A stretch of 63,591 nucleotides of DNA, counting the filler, from Kipferlia bialata (taxonomy: Eukaryota), in NCBI GenBank assembly GCA_003568945.1. It is 7 parts of 6 records of this genome, joined end to end, with 100 filler letters (N's around TTAATTAATTAA, not from the genome) between each part and the next. Parts side by side here need not be neighbours in the genome. Positions count along the whole stretch, not along the records: positions 1 to 18,338 come from BDIP01000479.1; 6 more parts are not named here. The stretch is one strand, 5' to 3'. The number at the start of each line of letters is the position of its first letter. Position 1 is the stretch's first letter. Positions 1-14,400 of this stretch are shown piece by piece. The notes under the pieces are model-generated. The model was given only the letters and a program-made list of their open reading frames with translations, was not told the origin of the DNA and searched no databases. The position numbers and the translations under genes are program-made.

Positions 1-110
1 GGGGGGGGGGGGGGGGGTTTAGGTTTTGTCAATCTTCCCCCCCCCCCCCCCACTCAAATGTGTATGAATGATATAACAACAATAATGCTCTCATCATGCA
101 CTAACCCTAG

Positions 111-1125
111 GAGCCCCCCCTCCAAGGGAGGTGTCTCCAAGCCATTCTGGTCATTCCTCAGAGACGGGTCAGAGGTAAGCCAATGTAATAATGTATACAT
201 ATTACTCATACACCATACATCAATGTATGTATATATAGTTATCGTTTATTGCCTTCTTTCAATATGTGTATGTACTTGCTTCCATTGCCTCTCACCCTCA
301 GAATGACTCCGACCGGGTACAGCTCCTGAAGCAGAGGTGGGGTACTGTATTAATACACTCTATTACTATACGTGCCTTACATATATAGTGTGTATCATCG
401 GTACAACTCCGGAAGCAGAGGCAGGATTGTACCCACTACATCGTACGTGATCATGTCTCACACTCAGGATGAGCAACATCCGGCGTCTGAAGCAGTCCCT
501 GTCCCGCCCCTCCTCCAGTCTGACAGACCTGGCACACACACTGGGGTCAGCATCTGGAGTATCCAGGGGGGCTAGGGTGTATCTGAGGTATGTACAGTGT
601 ATAAAGTATATATATATATATATATATATATTTGTATACACTGGGGTCAGCATCGGGGGTGTCAAGGGGGGCTAGGGTGTATCTGAGGTATGTATACAGT
701 GTATACTCTATATATATACGTATATATACACTGGGGTCAGCATTGGGGGTGTCAAGGGGGGCCAGGGTGTATCTTAGGTATGTATATGTATATGTATATA
801 TATGTAATTCACCATCATATGTATATAGATATATACATATAGTAGCACAAGGACTTTTCCCACGCCACCCTCCCACCCCCATATATATGATACATGTATA
901 ACACTAGAAATGAGCTGAGACTCACCCCCCCCCACACTAATTTCTGATATATGTATGATATGATGACATATATATATATATATGAATTCTACCGATATCA
1001 GGAATGAGCTGCGCCAGCCCATCTTCCAGGTACCCCTGGTTGGAGCAGTGGCATTTGGCAGTGACAGGGAGCTGGAGTATAAGAGGTATACATGTATCTA
1101 TTTATGTATATATGTGTATATATAT

Positions 1126-1172
<47 letters not shown>

Positions 1173-4100
1173 AGTGGCATTTGGCAGTGACAGGGAGCTG
1201 GAGTAGAAGAGGTATTTTTCATACAAATTACATATTCTTTTATCTCTATAATATTTGTATGAATACATATCAATGAGTATAGTTACTCCCTTCACCCCAG
1301 CATGCCGTCCTCCCTCCGTTCTGCCCTCCCTCATATACGTATTTATATATACANNNNNNNNNNNNNNNNNNNNNNNNNNNNNNNNNNNNNNNNNNNNNNN
1401 NNNNNNNNNNNNNNNNNNNNNNNNNNNNNNATAACCTCCCCCCTCTCATCATTAGCATGCCGTCCTCCCTCCGTTCTGCCCTCCCCCACATAGTGTCCGT
1501 ATCTATATATCTGTCTCTTCATATTCATACTTGTATATATCCCCCCCCCTCTCTCTCATCATTAGTATGCCGTCCTCCCTCCGGTCTGCCCTCCCCCACA
1601 TTGTGTCTGTATCTCACTATCTATGTATCGATTCATACATTCTTGTAAATATAATGCCCCCCCCCTCTTACTCTAGCATGCCGTCCTCCCTCCGCTCTGC
1701 CCTCCCCCACATTGTTAATTTATATATATATATACGCATATGTATACATATCTATACGCATAGTCGCCACTCACCCTCAGCATGCCGTCCTCCCTCCGCT
1801 CTGCCCTGCCCCACATAGTGTCTGGGTCCTTTGTAGAGTTACACAGGAGCCTGGAGGCAGTGGGTGGAGACACCACTATGGGAAAGGTACTATAACAAAG
1901 GAGGACACTTATATATGATATTCTATATGTAGAATTCAATATTGTCTTGAAAGTCGTGTTCTTGTGTTTCTACCCTCAGCACGTGTGCTAGCGTATTACA
2001 TTCTCTCTATGTCCTCCACCCGTGTTCTTACCAAGCTCCTGGAGGCCATGGTTGTAGTGCTGAGTGGCGAGGGGGATGAGACAGAGGATGCCCTGGCTCA
2101 GTGGAATGCAGTGAGGTATGCGGTGATATATGTATGTAGCGACGTCCCATCAATGTAGTGTATCCCTTACCACCCAGCCGTCTCCCCCTGTCGTCCCAGT
2201 GCCACTGTATACCTATCTATCCAACTATCTAAGTACATAGACAACTACCTGTAGAGCAGATAACACATACGCACAATATATGTCTCACCCCCCAGCCGTC
2301 TCCCCCTGTCCTCCCAGTGTCACCCTGTAGTATGGACAGCAGTGCTCTGGAGGGTGGCAGGTAGTGGCGTTGTCATAGGCTGTCAGATACTGAGTATTAT
2401 GTATATACATATACACATATATATATACCCTCTCGGCATGGCCATGTCCTCCTTCCTGACTGCTTGTGTACATATATATCTTTCATATCTATCTACATAT
2501 ATCCTCTCTACTATACCCATCTGACCCCTCTCTCTATATATACAAATATACATGTATATATATATACCCTCTGACCCTCCAGGCATGGCCATGTCCTCCT
2601 TCCTCCAGGGTGCCATCAAGGCAAGGAGGCTGCCCCATGGACTTAGGTATGTTTCTATATACGTATATACATATCTATATCCAGGCTATATATATGGTTA
2701 TAGATATCAAATGTGCTCATTTGTTGTTTAAATGGTGATGTGTTACTTTTGAAGTCAATAACCCCCAGGAATGCCCTGTGACTTGATGTATATACATACA
2801 TTTCTTTATACAGTAACTTCTCTAGTATTCATTGAATATTGTGTATACTTCCTCCCTAGGTATTTATTTACCCCCAGGAATGCCCTGAGGATAGTTAGTG
2901 TTCATGACATATCCTCTATCATTGTGTGTCATATGTTCATCATCTGCTGTATTCATGTACTTACCCCCAGGAATGCCTTGTGGCTAGATGTCTGTGCATC
3001 CCATCTCTCTACAAGTAACTTGTAGGATGTACTATACTATACTGTACTGTACTCAACTATACTATACTATCCTCTCATTCAATAACCTCTCAAGTCAATA
3101 ACCCCCAGGAATGCCCTGTGGCTAGATGTCTATGCCTCTGGTCTCTGTGCGCAGCTGCTGGTGAGTAGATGTATATATATATATATACACATATATACAT
3201 ATAGAAAGCTTCTTTAGCAGTCTATACTACATGCTGTGCACAGCTACTGGTGAGTATATGTATATGGATCAATACTGTCTGAATATAATCTACACTATCG
3301 GACTCCAGTCCTCCAGGTTCCCGTTACCAACAGTAGTATGTATTATATATTAGTGTTTATATCCTCTGACCCCAGTCCTCTCGGTTCCCAGACCAGTACC
3401 AGCAGGGTTTGCTCTCTGGGACACAGGAGACAGAGGTTTTGATTGTATACTATTATACATAAAGTGTTACGTATATATATATATAGAAATGTATGTGTAT
3501 ATATGTGTGTATAAGTGTTTTGGAAATAGTATATCGATGATGGTATGCTATCCGGGACACAGGAGACAGAGGTGAAATATATAGCCGATATGAGTCTGGA
3601 AGTATGAATGGACGTAATCCCAGGCCTTCCTCGCCCTGTCCACCCAGGCTATATAGATATATATATGTATCTATATGTGTGTATGTATTTACAGACCACT
3701 AACCCCAGGCCCTCCTCGCCCTGTCCCAGGCACCCAGGCCATATAGATATATATATGTATATATATGTGTGTATGTATGTACATCATTAACCCCAGGCCC
3801 TCCTTGCCCTGTCCACCCATGTCATATGATTATATATATCATTATATATATAGTTCTTTACCTATACTTATGTGTATATACTGTTTACCCCAGGCCCTCC
3901 TCGCCCTGTCCACCCAGGCTCTCTCTCACTCTCTCCCTATTCTCCCTATTCTCCCTGTTCTTTTCAAGTGGTTATACATATCCCATCAACCCCAGGCCCT
4001 CCTCGCCCTGTCCACCCAGGCCTGTGAGGAACTGAGGCCTGGCAAGGCACTGTCGGCACCAGCAACACCAAAGGCTAAGGTACTGTTGCATATATACATA

Positions 4101-4321
4101 TACATCTATATACCCATGAGTTTATATATAGATGTATATATACTGTGGATAGGCACTGTCGGCACCAGCAACACCAAAGGCTAAGGTAAGGATTCGTACA
4201 GTGGAATAGGAATCTGCATGTGTTGTGTTTGCTTGCTCTTCTCTAACCCCTTCAGCCCAACCCCGACCAGCTGAATAGACTTGAGTGGCATCATATGTAT
4301 ATATATAATGGACGATTTTAA
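111..4321 (+). CDS. Multi-exon coding region of unknown function (5'-truncated); may be the N-terminal part of the downstream AAA ATPase or a separate gene
   Basis: Chain of AG/GT-bounded exons translating without stops, e.g. 111-174 SPPSKGGVSKPFWSFLRDGSE, from 468 MSNIRRLKQSLSRP..., from 1781 MPSSLRSALPHIVSGSFVELHRSLEAV, from 1980 ARVLAYYILSMSSTRVLTKLLEAM..., 3996-4079 ALLALSTQACEELRPGK. I could not find a canonical in-phase join to the exon at 4389. Confidence 0.6.
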
Positions 4322-4388
4322 ATATATGTTGTGTATATGTATTCGAATGGTGTGTAGCCTCCCTCTCCCTCTAGCCCCTGATACCCAG

Positions 4389-7300
4389 GTGGAGTGCTGT
4401 TTGTGGATGAGGCATACCAGCTGTGCCACCACCTAGGTAGAGTATTATATATATGCGTATATCTACATGCTACATACTATATGCATACACAGTGGTTGAG
4501 AGGCGGAAGGTTATCCTTATCACCTGCGCTATGAATACCTTATATACTACTATACTTATATGTCCCCTCACTCCCATGCGACAACATCCTGCAGCACCTG
4601 GTCGCTGATATATATATATATATATATAATGGATGTGGTATATACTATATACTATCTATACTTTATACTCTCTTTAATGTATGCATCATGTATTTCTCAC
4701 CCCAGGTGACAACATCCTGCAGCACCTGGTGGCTGAGATATATATGTATATATAGTGGATGTGATATATAATATATACTGTATATACTATATATATTCAT
4801 TACATGATACTTACTCCTAGGTGACAACATCCTGCAGCACCTGGTGGCTGAGATGGAGAACAAGATTGGCAAGCTGGTTGTGGTGTTTGCAGGTACTGTG
4901 GTGTTTGATGTGTTTGTGTAAATGTTGCCGGAGTTAGATGTCAACAACAAGGGAAAACTGTATCTTCATGTGACTCTCTGTGTCTAACCCTGTATCAGTA
5001 TCAGTATCCTAACCTAGCTACAAGCAGGACTTGGTTACATGTGTCAATCACAACTCTTCTACTGAATACCATACGTTTCTTTTACGTATCTGTATACCCT
5101 AACCCCAGGCTACAAGCAGGACATTGAGAAGACCCTGGAGAGTATCAGTATTAGTGTCCTTACCTATATATAATTCACAGATGATACAGATTCTTTTGGC
5201 ACACGTACTAACCCTTACCCCAGGCTACAAGCAGGACATCGAGAAGACCCTGGAGAAGAACCAGGGGCTGGCATCCAGATTCAACTACAAGTGCGTGAGT
5301 ACAAATAGTGATTGATTATAATCAATATATGTCTGTGTGTTATCATCTAAATCATTATTATCTGACCCCAGCTTCCTGTTCGAGGACTACACCGACCCCC
5401 AGCTGCTGTCCATTCTGCAGGTACAGTGTAAAGCCTTAGCTAACTTATCTATTTTACACAAGTTATTAATATTGATACATACAATACACCCACTCCACCC
5501 TCCAGGGCTGCATCCAAGCCCAAGATAGCCAATGACATAAACATGTAGTATATATATACTCATTCATTTGTAGTCCATCTCACCCTCCAGGGCTGCATTA
5601 AGGCCAAGTCCAAGATATCCAAGGGCACGTTCAGAATGGCAGACATCGATGAGGACGGGTGAGTGTATATATATATAGTATAATAATACAATATATGTAT
5701 GTATGTATATGAGGACGGGTGAGTGTAAATAGATGTACAAAAGAGCATCTTCACTACACTTAGTCCTTATCCACATCATACATTCCTTCTATCCCCCCTA
5801 ACCCCAGTGAGAGCAAGTCAGCCCGCATAGCCATCAGAAGGATAGGGTGCAGGTGTGTCACATATATACATATATATATATGGTAAGGGAGAGATAGATG
5901 TTAATACCGTTGTCAATTCAGCCCGCATAGCCATCAGAAGGATAGGGTGCAGGTATGTCACATATTTGTGTGGATTCTTCACTCTGCCTTCGACTAGATC
6001 AATGTTTTCTGTAGATTTTGTGTAGATATCTGTCACACCCCGCAGGAGAGGCTGCAAGGTCATATATTTATGGATGAGTATGTGTTTACATGTGTATACA
6101 TATATATATTCCCCATATTTACCTTTACCCCCCAGGAGAGGCAGCAAGGGCTTTGGCAATGCCCGTACAGTGCACAAGCTGGTGGACACGACACTCATGT
6201 AAGATGTCATCCTGTCTATCCCATATTGTGATACCCAATATTGCTGGGGTTCCCAATTTCCTATACATGTCCAACTGATACCCAGGCGGCAGCGCAACCG
6301 GCTGATGGCCTCCAACGGGTCAGAGGACAACTTTGCAATCACCAGAGACGACATACTAGGTGTGCAAGAAATATATTTATGTACTGATACATACCTATGC
6401 TATGCATCAGTGGATACATACGTCTCTCACCCCCTAGGCAAGAGGGTCGATGACGTTACTTCAATTCATAACTTCCTCTAGTAATACTTAGCTATCTTAA
6501 TATGTAACTCACCTCTAGGCAAGAGGGTTGACGATGTGATTGGCCAGTCGAAGGCATACCAGCAGCTGCAGGGGATGATCGGACTCAAGAAGGTATTCAT
6601 TAGATTCAGATATATACGTATATGTGTTGATGTATATATATTTGCACCCATTCCCCCCCCCCCAGGTCAAGAAGGAGGTGGCTGTATAAGCATGAGTATG
6701 AGTGCGTGTGTTTGTACTGATATATGTATTAATATGTATATATATCCGTCTATACCCACCCCAGGTCAAGAAGGAGGTGACTGTATACACATGAGTGTGA
6801 GTATGCATGAGTGTACTGTCATATATATATATGTATATACATGTATATATATATCCCTCAATACCCACCCCCAGGTCAAGAAGGAGGTGGATGCCCTCAT
6901 CAACCTGGTCAGGGCAAATGCAGAGAGGTATCCAGAGTATATATAGTGTATTATCTATATATACTATAGTATCATGACTATGTATGATATAGTATGTTCA
7001 CTCATCAACCTGGTCAGGGCAAATGCAGAGAGGTGCGTCTATATATTCCTCTTTCTCCATTGATGATTTAGTATTAAGGGAGCAATGGGTGTAGATATAT
7101 ATATATACTCTAACCCCAGGGAGGACAAGGAGGAGCCCTACCTGGACATTGCCCTGAACAGACTGTTCCTGGGCAACCCAGGCACAGGTTCTCTCTCTCT
7201 CTCTTTTCAACTATTTCCCATTTGTCTGAGAGACCGTATCATCTAGCTCTGATGAAGTGATCCCTCCTCCTGTTCTAATATGATTAATATGAGTATCCTA

Positions 7301-8246
7301 ACCTAACCTACCCCCAGGCAAGACCACTGCTGCCAAGCTGTATGGCGCCATTCTGTCTGACATTGGGCTGCTCTCCAAGAGTGAGCCACCCAGACTGGTA
7401 AAGAGGGCAGACCTAGTAGGTGGGTAACAACAATGCATAAGAGATGATATTTATATATAGTGTAGAAATTCGCAGACATATTGTATCAAAGAGAGCCACT
7501 CAGACTGACATGAGCATTCATAATACCTATATGTGTGTGCTCATCCACCTCACCCCCCAGGTGACGTTGTGGGAGGCACCGCCACCAAGACACAGGACGC
7601 TATCAAGGCGGCCCAGGTGAGTAGTATATATGTACTATGTATGCAAAGATGTATACTTTATATAGTTTATATATAGTGAGAGTACCAAGACACAGGACGC
7701 AATCAAGGCGGCCCATTCACTCTATCATCAGTAGTCTATATATCTATATATCACGTCCCTCTCACCCCCCAGGGTGGTGTACTGATGATCGACGAGGCAT
7801 ATGCCCTGCTGGACGTGGCACAGGTGGGTGTTCATTAGTGTATATATATATAGTTATATGTACTTTTGTAGTCTAATAGACATATATAGATATATATACT
7901 ATTGTATACATATGTATATGTATACGGAGAGGCATATGCCCTGCTGGACGTGGCACAGGTATGGTGTGTCGTATACATTAGTTGCATAGACAACCTACTG
8001 ATATATATATTATACATATGTGTGTATCAGTACCCTAACCCTAGGGCACCAACGACATCTACGGCAAGGAGTGCATTGACACCCTGGTGGGTGAGATTGA
8101 CAACAAGCCAGGGGCAGACATATGCGTCATCATGGCTGGATACAGGTATAGGCATCTCTCTCTCTCTCTCCCCCTCTACACCCTTAATACCAGGGACCCC
8201 ATGTTCCAGAAGACCAATATCTTCCACGCTCTACCTCTCTCTCTCA

Positions 8247-8282
<36 letters not shown>

Positions 8283-8387
8283 CTCCCTCTACACCCTTAA
8301 TATCAGGGACCCCATGTCTGCCATGTTCCAGAAGCCCCTCGCTCTATCTGCATATATATATATATTCATTTGTATATGTATGTGTAA

Positions 8388-8426
<39 letters not shown>

Positions 8427-11400
8427 ACCCTTAATGTCAGCGACCCCATGTCATCCATGTTCCAGAACGCCAATCGCTCTCTCTTTACCTCTCTCTCTCT
8501 CTCTACATCTCCCTCTCTTCATGTACCCTCTCTATCTCTCTCTCTATATATGCCTCTAACAATAGAGACCCCATGTCTGCCATGTTCCAGAAGGCCAACG
8601 AGGGACTCAAGAGCAGGTTCAGCTTTGAGTCGGCATTTGAGTTTGAGGTATGTTGTGTATATAGATAGATATTAGTAGTATATATACTGGTTGATGTAAT
8701 ATTTCATTGTTGAAGTATTACATCATTCTCCTGTCCTACTCTTACTGCAGGACTTCACCTACGGAGGAGCTTGCCAAGATCCTATAGTAATTCAATTTGA
8801 AGACAATGCTGATGATGTTATTGAGTACTGTCTTTTCGACTGATCTCTGACTTAAGGACTTCACCGATGAGGAGCTTGCCAAGATCCTGGCCCAGAAGCT
8901 GAGGTCCAGCCACATCAAGTCGAGTCTGGACACCAGGATGTATGCAATCAAGGTGGGTTCAACCTTTTCATTACTATTACATTGAGAGAGATATACTGTA
9001 TATTGCTATACTATCTCACCCCAGCTCCTAGGCCAGCAGAGACAGCAGCCGTCCTTTGGCAATGCCAGGGCAGTCATGAACATGGTGTCCACAGGTATAG
9101 GGTTTATATACATATGTATATATTGTATGATATGGGTATACACACATATGTGTATTTGTCTGCATTCCTAACCCTCAGCCACCGTTGCCGCCCAGAAGAG
9201 ACTGGGTCTCAACACAGGAGGAGGCATCACACTCATCAAGGAGGACTTCGACTCAACAGAGGTAGCAGAGTGATATATGTGTATATAATCAATTAGAGTT
9301 CTCTTATTATTCTTCGACTGCCTACCTAGGTCTCAGAGTATGTATGATAGACTGTACCTGCACATATTTGAACCGTTGAACTGGTATTGGATCATGCATA
9401 TCGTCACGTTCCATCAGACTACCCTCCTAACCCTAGACTGACGAGGCCGTCACCCAGGACCCCATGGTACTCTTCCAGGACATACTGGGTGGGTATTATT
9501 GTCATACATTGATGTATGTATTCATATACATAAGTGTGTGTGTATATATGTTGTTGCCACTGGTATTGAGTCCTGGACATACTGGGTAAGGGAGTATATC
9601 TCATATATATAAGCCCAGGACATCCTGGGCGAGTGGGATTGCCAGTAAATGTCTATATTTGTGTATGTCCCTCGCCTAGTATATCGGGTATTCTATGTGT
9701 TGTATGTGTATGTTTAGCATCTGTCTTCCTGCCTTACCCCAGGCTGCCAGAGTCTTAGGGAGCAGCTCAAGAAGCTCAAGAACAAGGTATGTACTATCTA
9801 TATACTAGAAGAGATTGATAAAATGCCTAGAGGTATAATGTGTATTTCACCCACCCAGATCAAGTGGCAGATAGACACATATCATCTATAACTATAAGAC
9901 CCTCTCTCTGTATATTATATATGACTCCCCTCAGATCAAGTGGCAGCGAAAACTATTTAATTACTATAGTATTGTATTATTATATGTATCTGACTCCAGA
10001 TCAAGTGGCAGAGGAAGATGGGCCAGAAGGTGGACGTTGCAACCACATTCAGATTCGTGGGGAACCCAGGTATGTCCTCGTACCCATTATGATCCACATT
10101 ACACATCATTTCTGCAGTATTCACTCTAGTATATTTCCCAAATATTCCTGTATATTTAACCCTCTCAGGCACTGGCAAGACCACAGTGGTCAAACGGTAT
10201 ATATATATTAATATAGTGACACTTAATATATGTATCTATATATGTATATATATGTACAGTAACAAGTCCATATATAGTGTTGTACACAAGTCTAACCCCA
10301 CCAGGCACTGGCAAAACCACCATCACAAATGAATATATATATGTATACTGTATCCCTAGTTCAAATTTAGTATGTACATATTTGATATCATCTTTACACT
10401 AACCCCCCAGGCACTGGCAAGACCACTGTGGCCAAGCGCATGGGCATGTTCTTCCATGCCCTGGGTGTCCTGGCCACCAACGAGATCAAGGTCACAACCG
10501 CCAAGGACTTCGAAGCGCGTACGTCACAAATATTGCATGTGTATTTAACAACCTAGTATCCATTGGATAATGTAAGTGCACTACGGCCAAGGACTTCGAA
10601 GCGCGTACGTGAATCACTATACAGTATTTAATGTTTGTACGATGGCTCTCCAGTAACTCTGTCTCTCTCTTACCTCCAATATCGCCTGATTTACCTACCG
10701 ATTGATGTTGTATAGCACTGTATGTGTCTATACTTCTGACCCCCCAGCCTATGTGGGCCAGAGTGCCAAGAAGACAACAGACCTGTTTGATGAGGCACTG
10801 GGCAAGGTGGGTGCAGAGATATACATGATTAACGCTATGCACATACAATGAACAGGATCATGATGATAGTGTTATAGATGTTCGATGAGGCACTGGGCAA
10901 GGTGGGTGCAGAGATATAAATGTATATCAAGTGATATATCCATAGTGAGAAATGTACCACTAACCCCCAGGTTCTGTTCATCGATAAGTTACCTAGCCGA
11001 TTACTTTGATACCCATATGTATATGTATTGTTAATGACACCAATTGACCCCCAGGTTCTGTTCATCGACGAGGCCTATGCCCTCAACCCCAAGAACAGCC
11101 ACTTCATGAAGGATGTACGTTGGTAACCATATTCGTGATCACACTCTTTAGTAAATCTATAGATTACTGCCTTTCCCTCACCCCCAGGTTGTGAACTGCA
11201 TGGTGGACCTGCTCACCAGAGAGAAGTACAAGGTAATGACATCTTTTGAATATATATATATATATATATATAATGTCTCTGTGTGTGACATTCTAATCAG
11301 GGAGAAGTACAAGGTAGTAGTACAGTTACAATTCTTGACCCCTTTTGACCCCCCTTGACCAACAGGGCAACATGGTTGTGATCCTGGCAGGCTATGAGAA

Positions 11401-14400
11401 TGACATTGTGGACTTGATGACAGCAAACCCAGGCCTCGCATCTAGGTACTGTGGATACATATGTATATGTATACTATTCACTGTATATACATACATATTC
11501 ATATGGATCTGATGACAGCAAACCCAGGCCTGGCGTCTAGGTATAGTTAGTATTCAATCGTCTCACAGTCCGTGTATACATTGGCGTCACTGACTCCAGG
11601 TTCCCCACCACTGTGTCCTTTACAGACCTCACAGCGGAGGAGGCATCTACTATGCTGCTTGCAAAGGTATATGTATGTATCAGTATATACCCACTTGTAT
11701 TGTTGTATATACAGCATCCACAGTGCTGCTGGCTAAGTCTATGTATGTAGGACACATTATGTAAGCCTTCCATGCCTTCTAACCCCGCAGCTGCGTGAGG
11801 AGGGTGGCGGTGATGGCCTCATTGTGACAGATGACGTGCCCCCTGCCCTGCCTATACTGTTCCAGGTGGGTGGATATGTATAGTATAGAACTGCATTCAC
11901 GTACTGACATACATTGCTTCTCAGTCTTCTCTGTGTTATCATTAATATCAATATGACATTGCTACTGACCCCAGGCTGTCATTGACGCCGATCCAGAGTC
12001 CTGGTCCAATGGAAGGTATCGATCAATCGGTATATCTCAATTCATTTTAAGATATGTCACCATCACGGTGTTGGGAGATATTGATGTGTATGTATTGTAT
12101 ATTCTCACCCCCAGGGATGTTGTCAACATCGTTGCCCAGCTGACAGATAGCCTTGCAGGGAGGCTGTTCGACTCGGCAGGTACTAGATGCATTACCAAAC
12201 CTATACTTATGTGTATTTGTGTATATATTATTGAACTATGTATCTTGATTTTGCCCTATGTAGCACTTACCCTATATAACTCTATGTGTCTGGCATGCGA
12301 CATACTGTGTCTTGTTTGTACCTAACCTCACCCTAGGCTTCTGCGGGGCAGGTGGGGATGACGACATGAGGACACTGGTGCTTGCAGACTTTGAGGGGGT
12401 GTTTGACAGGGTGGGTATATATATATATACCTCTTATATTATATATATATATATACTCATATAGTATGACTACTGCTGGTAGACTTTGAAGGGGTATTCT
12501 ACAAGATGAGAATCTATATATCGATTCATTGGCTGGGTCCTGCAAGATATCTATGTGCATCAATATCGTGTGTATTATCTTCTCTGACCCCAGCAATGCG
12601 AGGAGCGCGTCAAGACTGCCCGTATCAAGATGGCCAACTCCCGTGCTCAGACACCCAACATCATGATGGACCCCAGGTATAGATGAGACAATATAATACA
12701 CATTCTACATAGTTATGTAGATATTAAATCTACGTACCAATAGTACCCCATATCCCCACCCCAGGTACCAGACCCAGGATGCACCTGCCCTGGAGGCACC
12801 CAGAGTGGTAAGGATATATATGAAAATAGATATATACATATGGACTGATATATACTTGAATGCCATATTCCTATATATACGTGTATTCTATGGATATGTA
12901 TATACTGACCTTAGGCCACGCGTCATGAATACTGTACTGTTATGTATATATACACTGATCCTAGGCCACGCGTCAGCAGACCAAGGAGGCAGAGGCTGAG
13001 CCAGAGGTAGGAGGCAGAACCATATGTAGATATGAGTGTATACACTGTGTTTAGAAGCTGTCTCCCTGACCTTCAGGTGGAGGAGGAGCCAGAGCAGGAG
13101 GAGGAGTGTGAGTGCTGCCACCACGATGGACCCCAGGTACTCTCTTTCTCTCTCTCTCTCTCTCTCTCGTTCTCTTTGTTATATATCTCTATTCATTAGT
13201 ATTGGATTGGATTACAGATGTGTGTTCCTCTTTCTTCTCACCTTTCAGAGAGAGGGCGGTGTGTCTGAGGAGGAGTACCAGCAGATACAGCTAGAGCGGA
13301 GACTGCAGGAGGAGCAGGTAAACAAGACTCACATATATATGACATGTATATATGATGCATGTTTATATTTGCCAGTCTTACGAAATATTGTACACGAATG
13401 TTACTGATATGGAAGTGATATTGGCATTCTTTTCATATCTAACCCCTAAGTGGGCCGAGAGGCGTGCCGAGGAGGAGAGGCTGGAGGCACAGAGGCAGAG
13501 GCTCATTGAGGAGGAGAGAAAGAGAGTGGAGGCTGAGAGACTGGTATGGAACTAACAATCACAAACCTTCATACTGAATATCTCACCCTCAGGCCCGCCT
13601 CGCCTTTGAGAAGGCAGAGAGAGAGAGAAAGGCCAGAGAGGAGGCAGAGAGACTCGCACTCGAGGTACGGCATTCTTTTCTCGTATCGAGTAGTATTGGA
13701 AGTATCGTGTAGTTTACCTCCAGGCCAAGCTAGCTGAGGAGCTCAGACAGAGACAGGAGGCGGAGAGGAAGAGGAGAGAGGCCATCGAGAGGAGGCGCAG
13801 GTTGGTTACCATATATACCCAATACATTAACGTCTTCTCTTACTGTTTTCAACATATGCTAGTTTACATGCACCTTACCCCCAGGCTTGAGGAGGAGAGG
13901 CGCAGACTGGCAGCGGAGGCAGCCATCAGAGCAGCACAGGCCAGGCAGAGGGAGCTGCAGAGGGTGAGATATATATACATACTGTATATGGTATATATTG
14001 TATATACTATATGTATGAAAGAGAGGCACAGGCCAGACAGACAGAGCTGCAGATGGTATGGGTAGTATAGTGTGTATTCATGCTTGTGTGTGTGTGTGTG
14101 TATGTGTGTGGCATGTATATATATTTATGTCAGTATGTGTTATACTCTAACCCCCAGGCCAGAGAGCAGGAGGAGAGGAACCAGCAGAAGTTACGCGACA
14201 TGGGTGTGTGCTGTGCTGGGTTCAGGTGGATCTGCCAGGGCGGGACTAGATACAGGTATGGGGAGTATATGGTATATACAATATCAGCATTGTCTACATG
14301 ACTACAGTTTTCAATTGTGTTACATGCTATGCATTGGGTACTATACGTACCAAGCGTGGGTCACAATCATCTATTCACATCCATTGATAGCTCCGGTTGG

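Noticed and set aside
1301..1815. Regularly spaced ~30-bp repeats resembling a CRISPR array
   Set aside because: The repeats are copies of an exon start, the spacers are TA-rich intron sequence of variable length, there are no cas genes, and the genome is eukaryotic.
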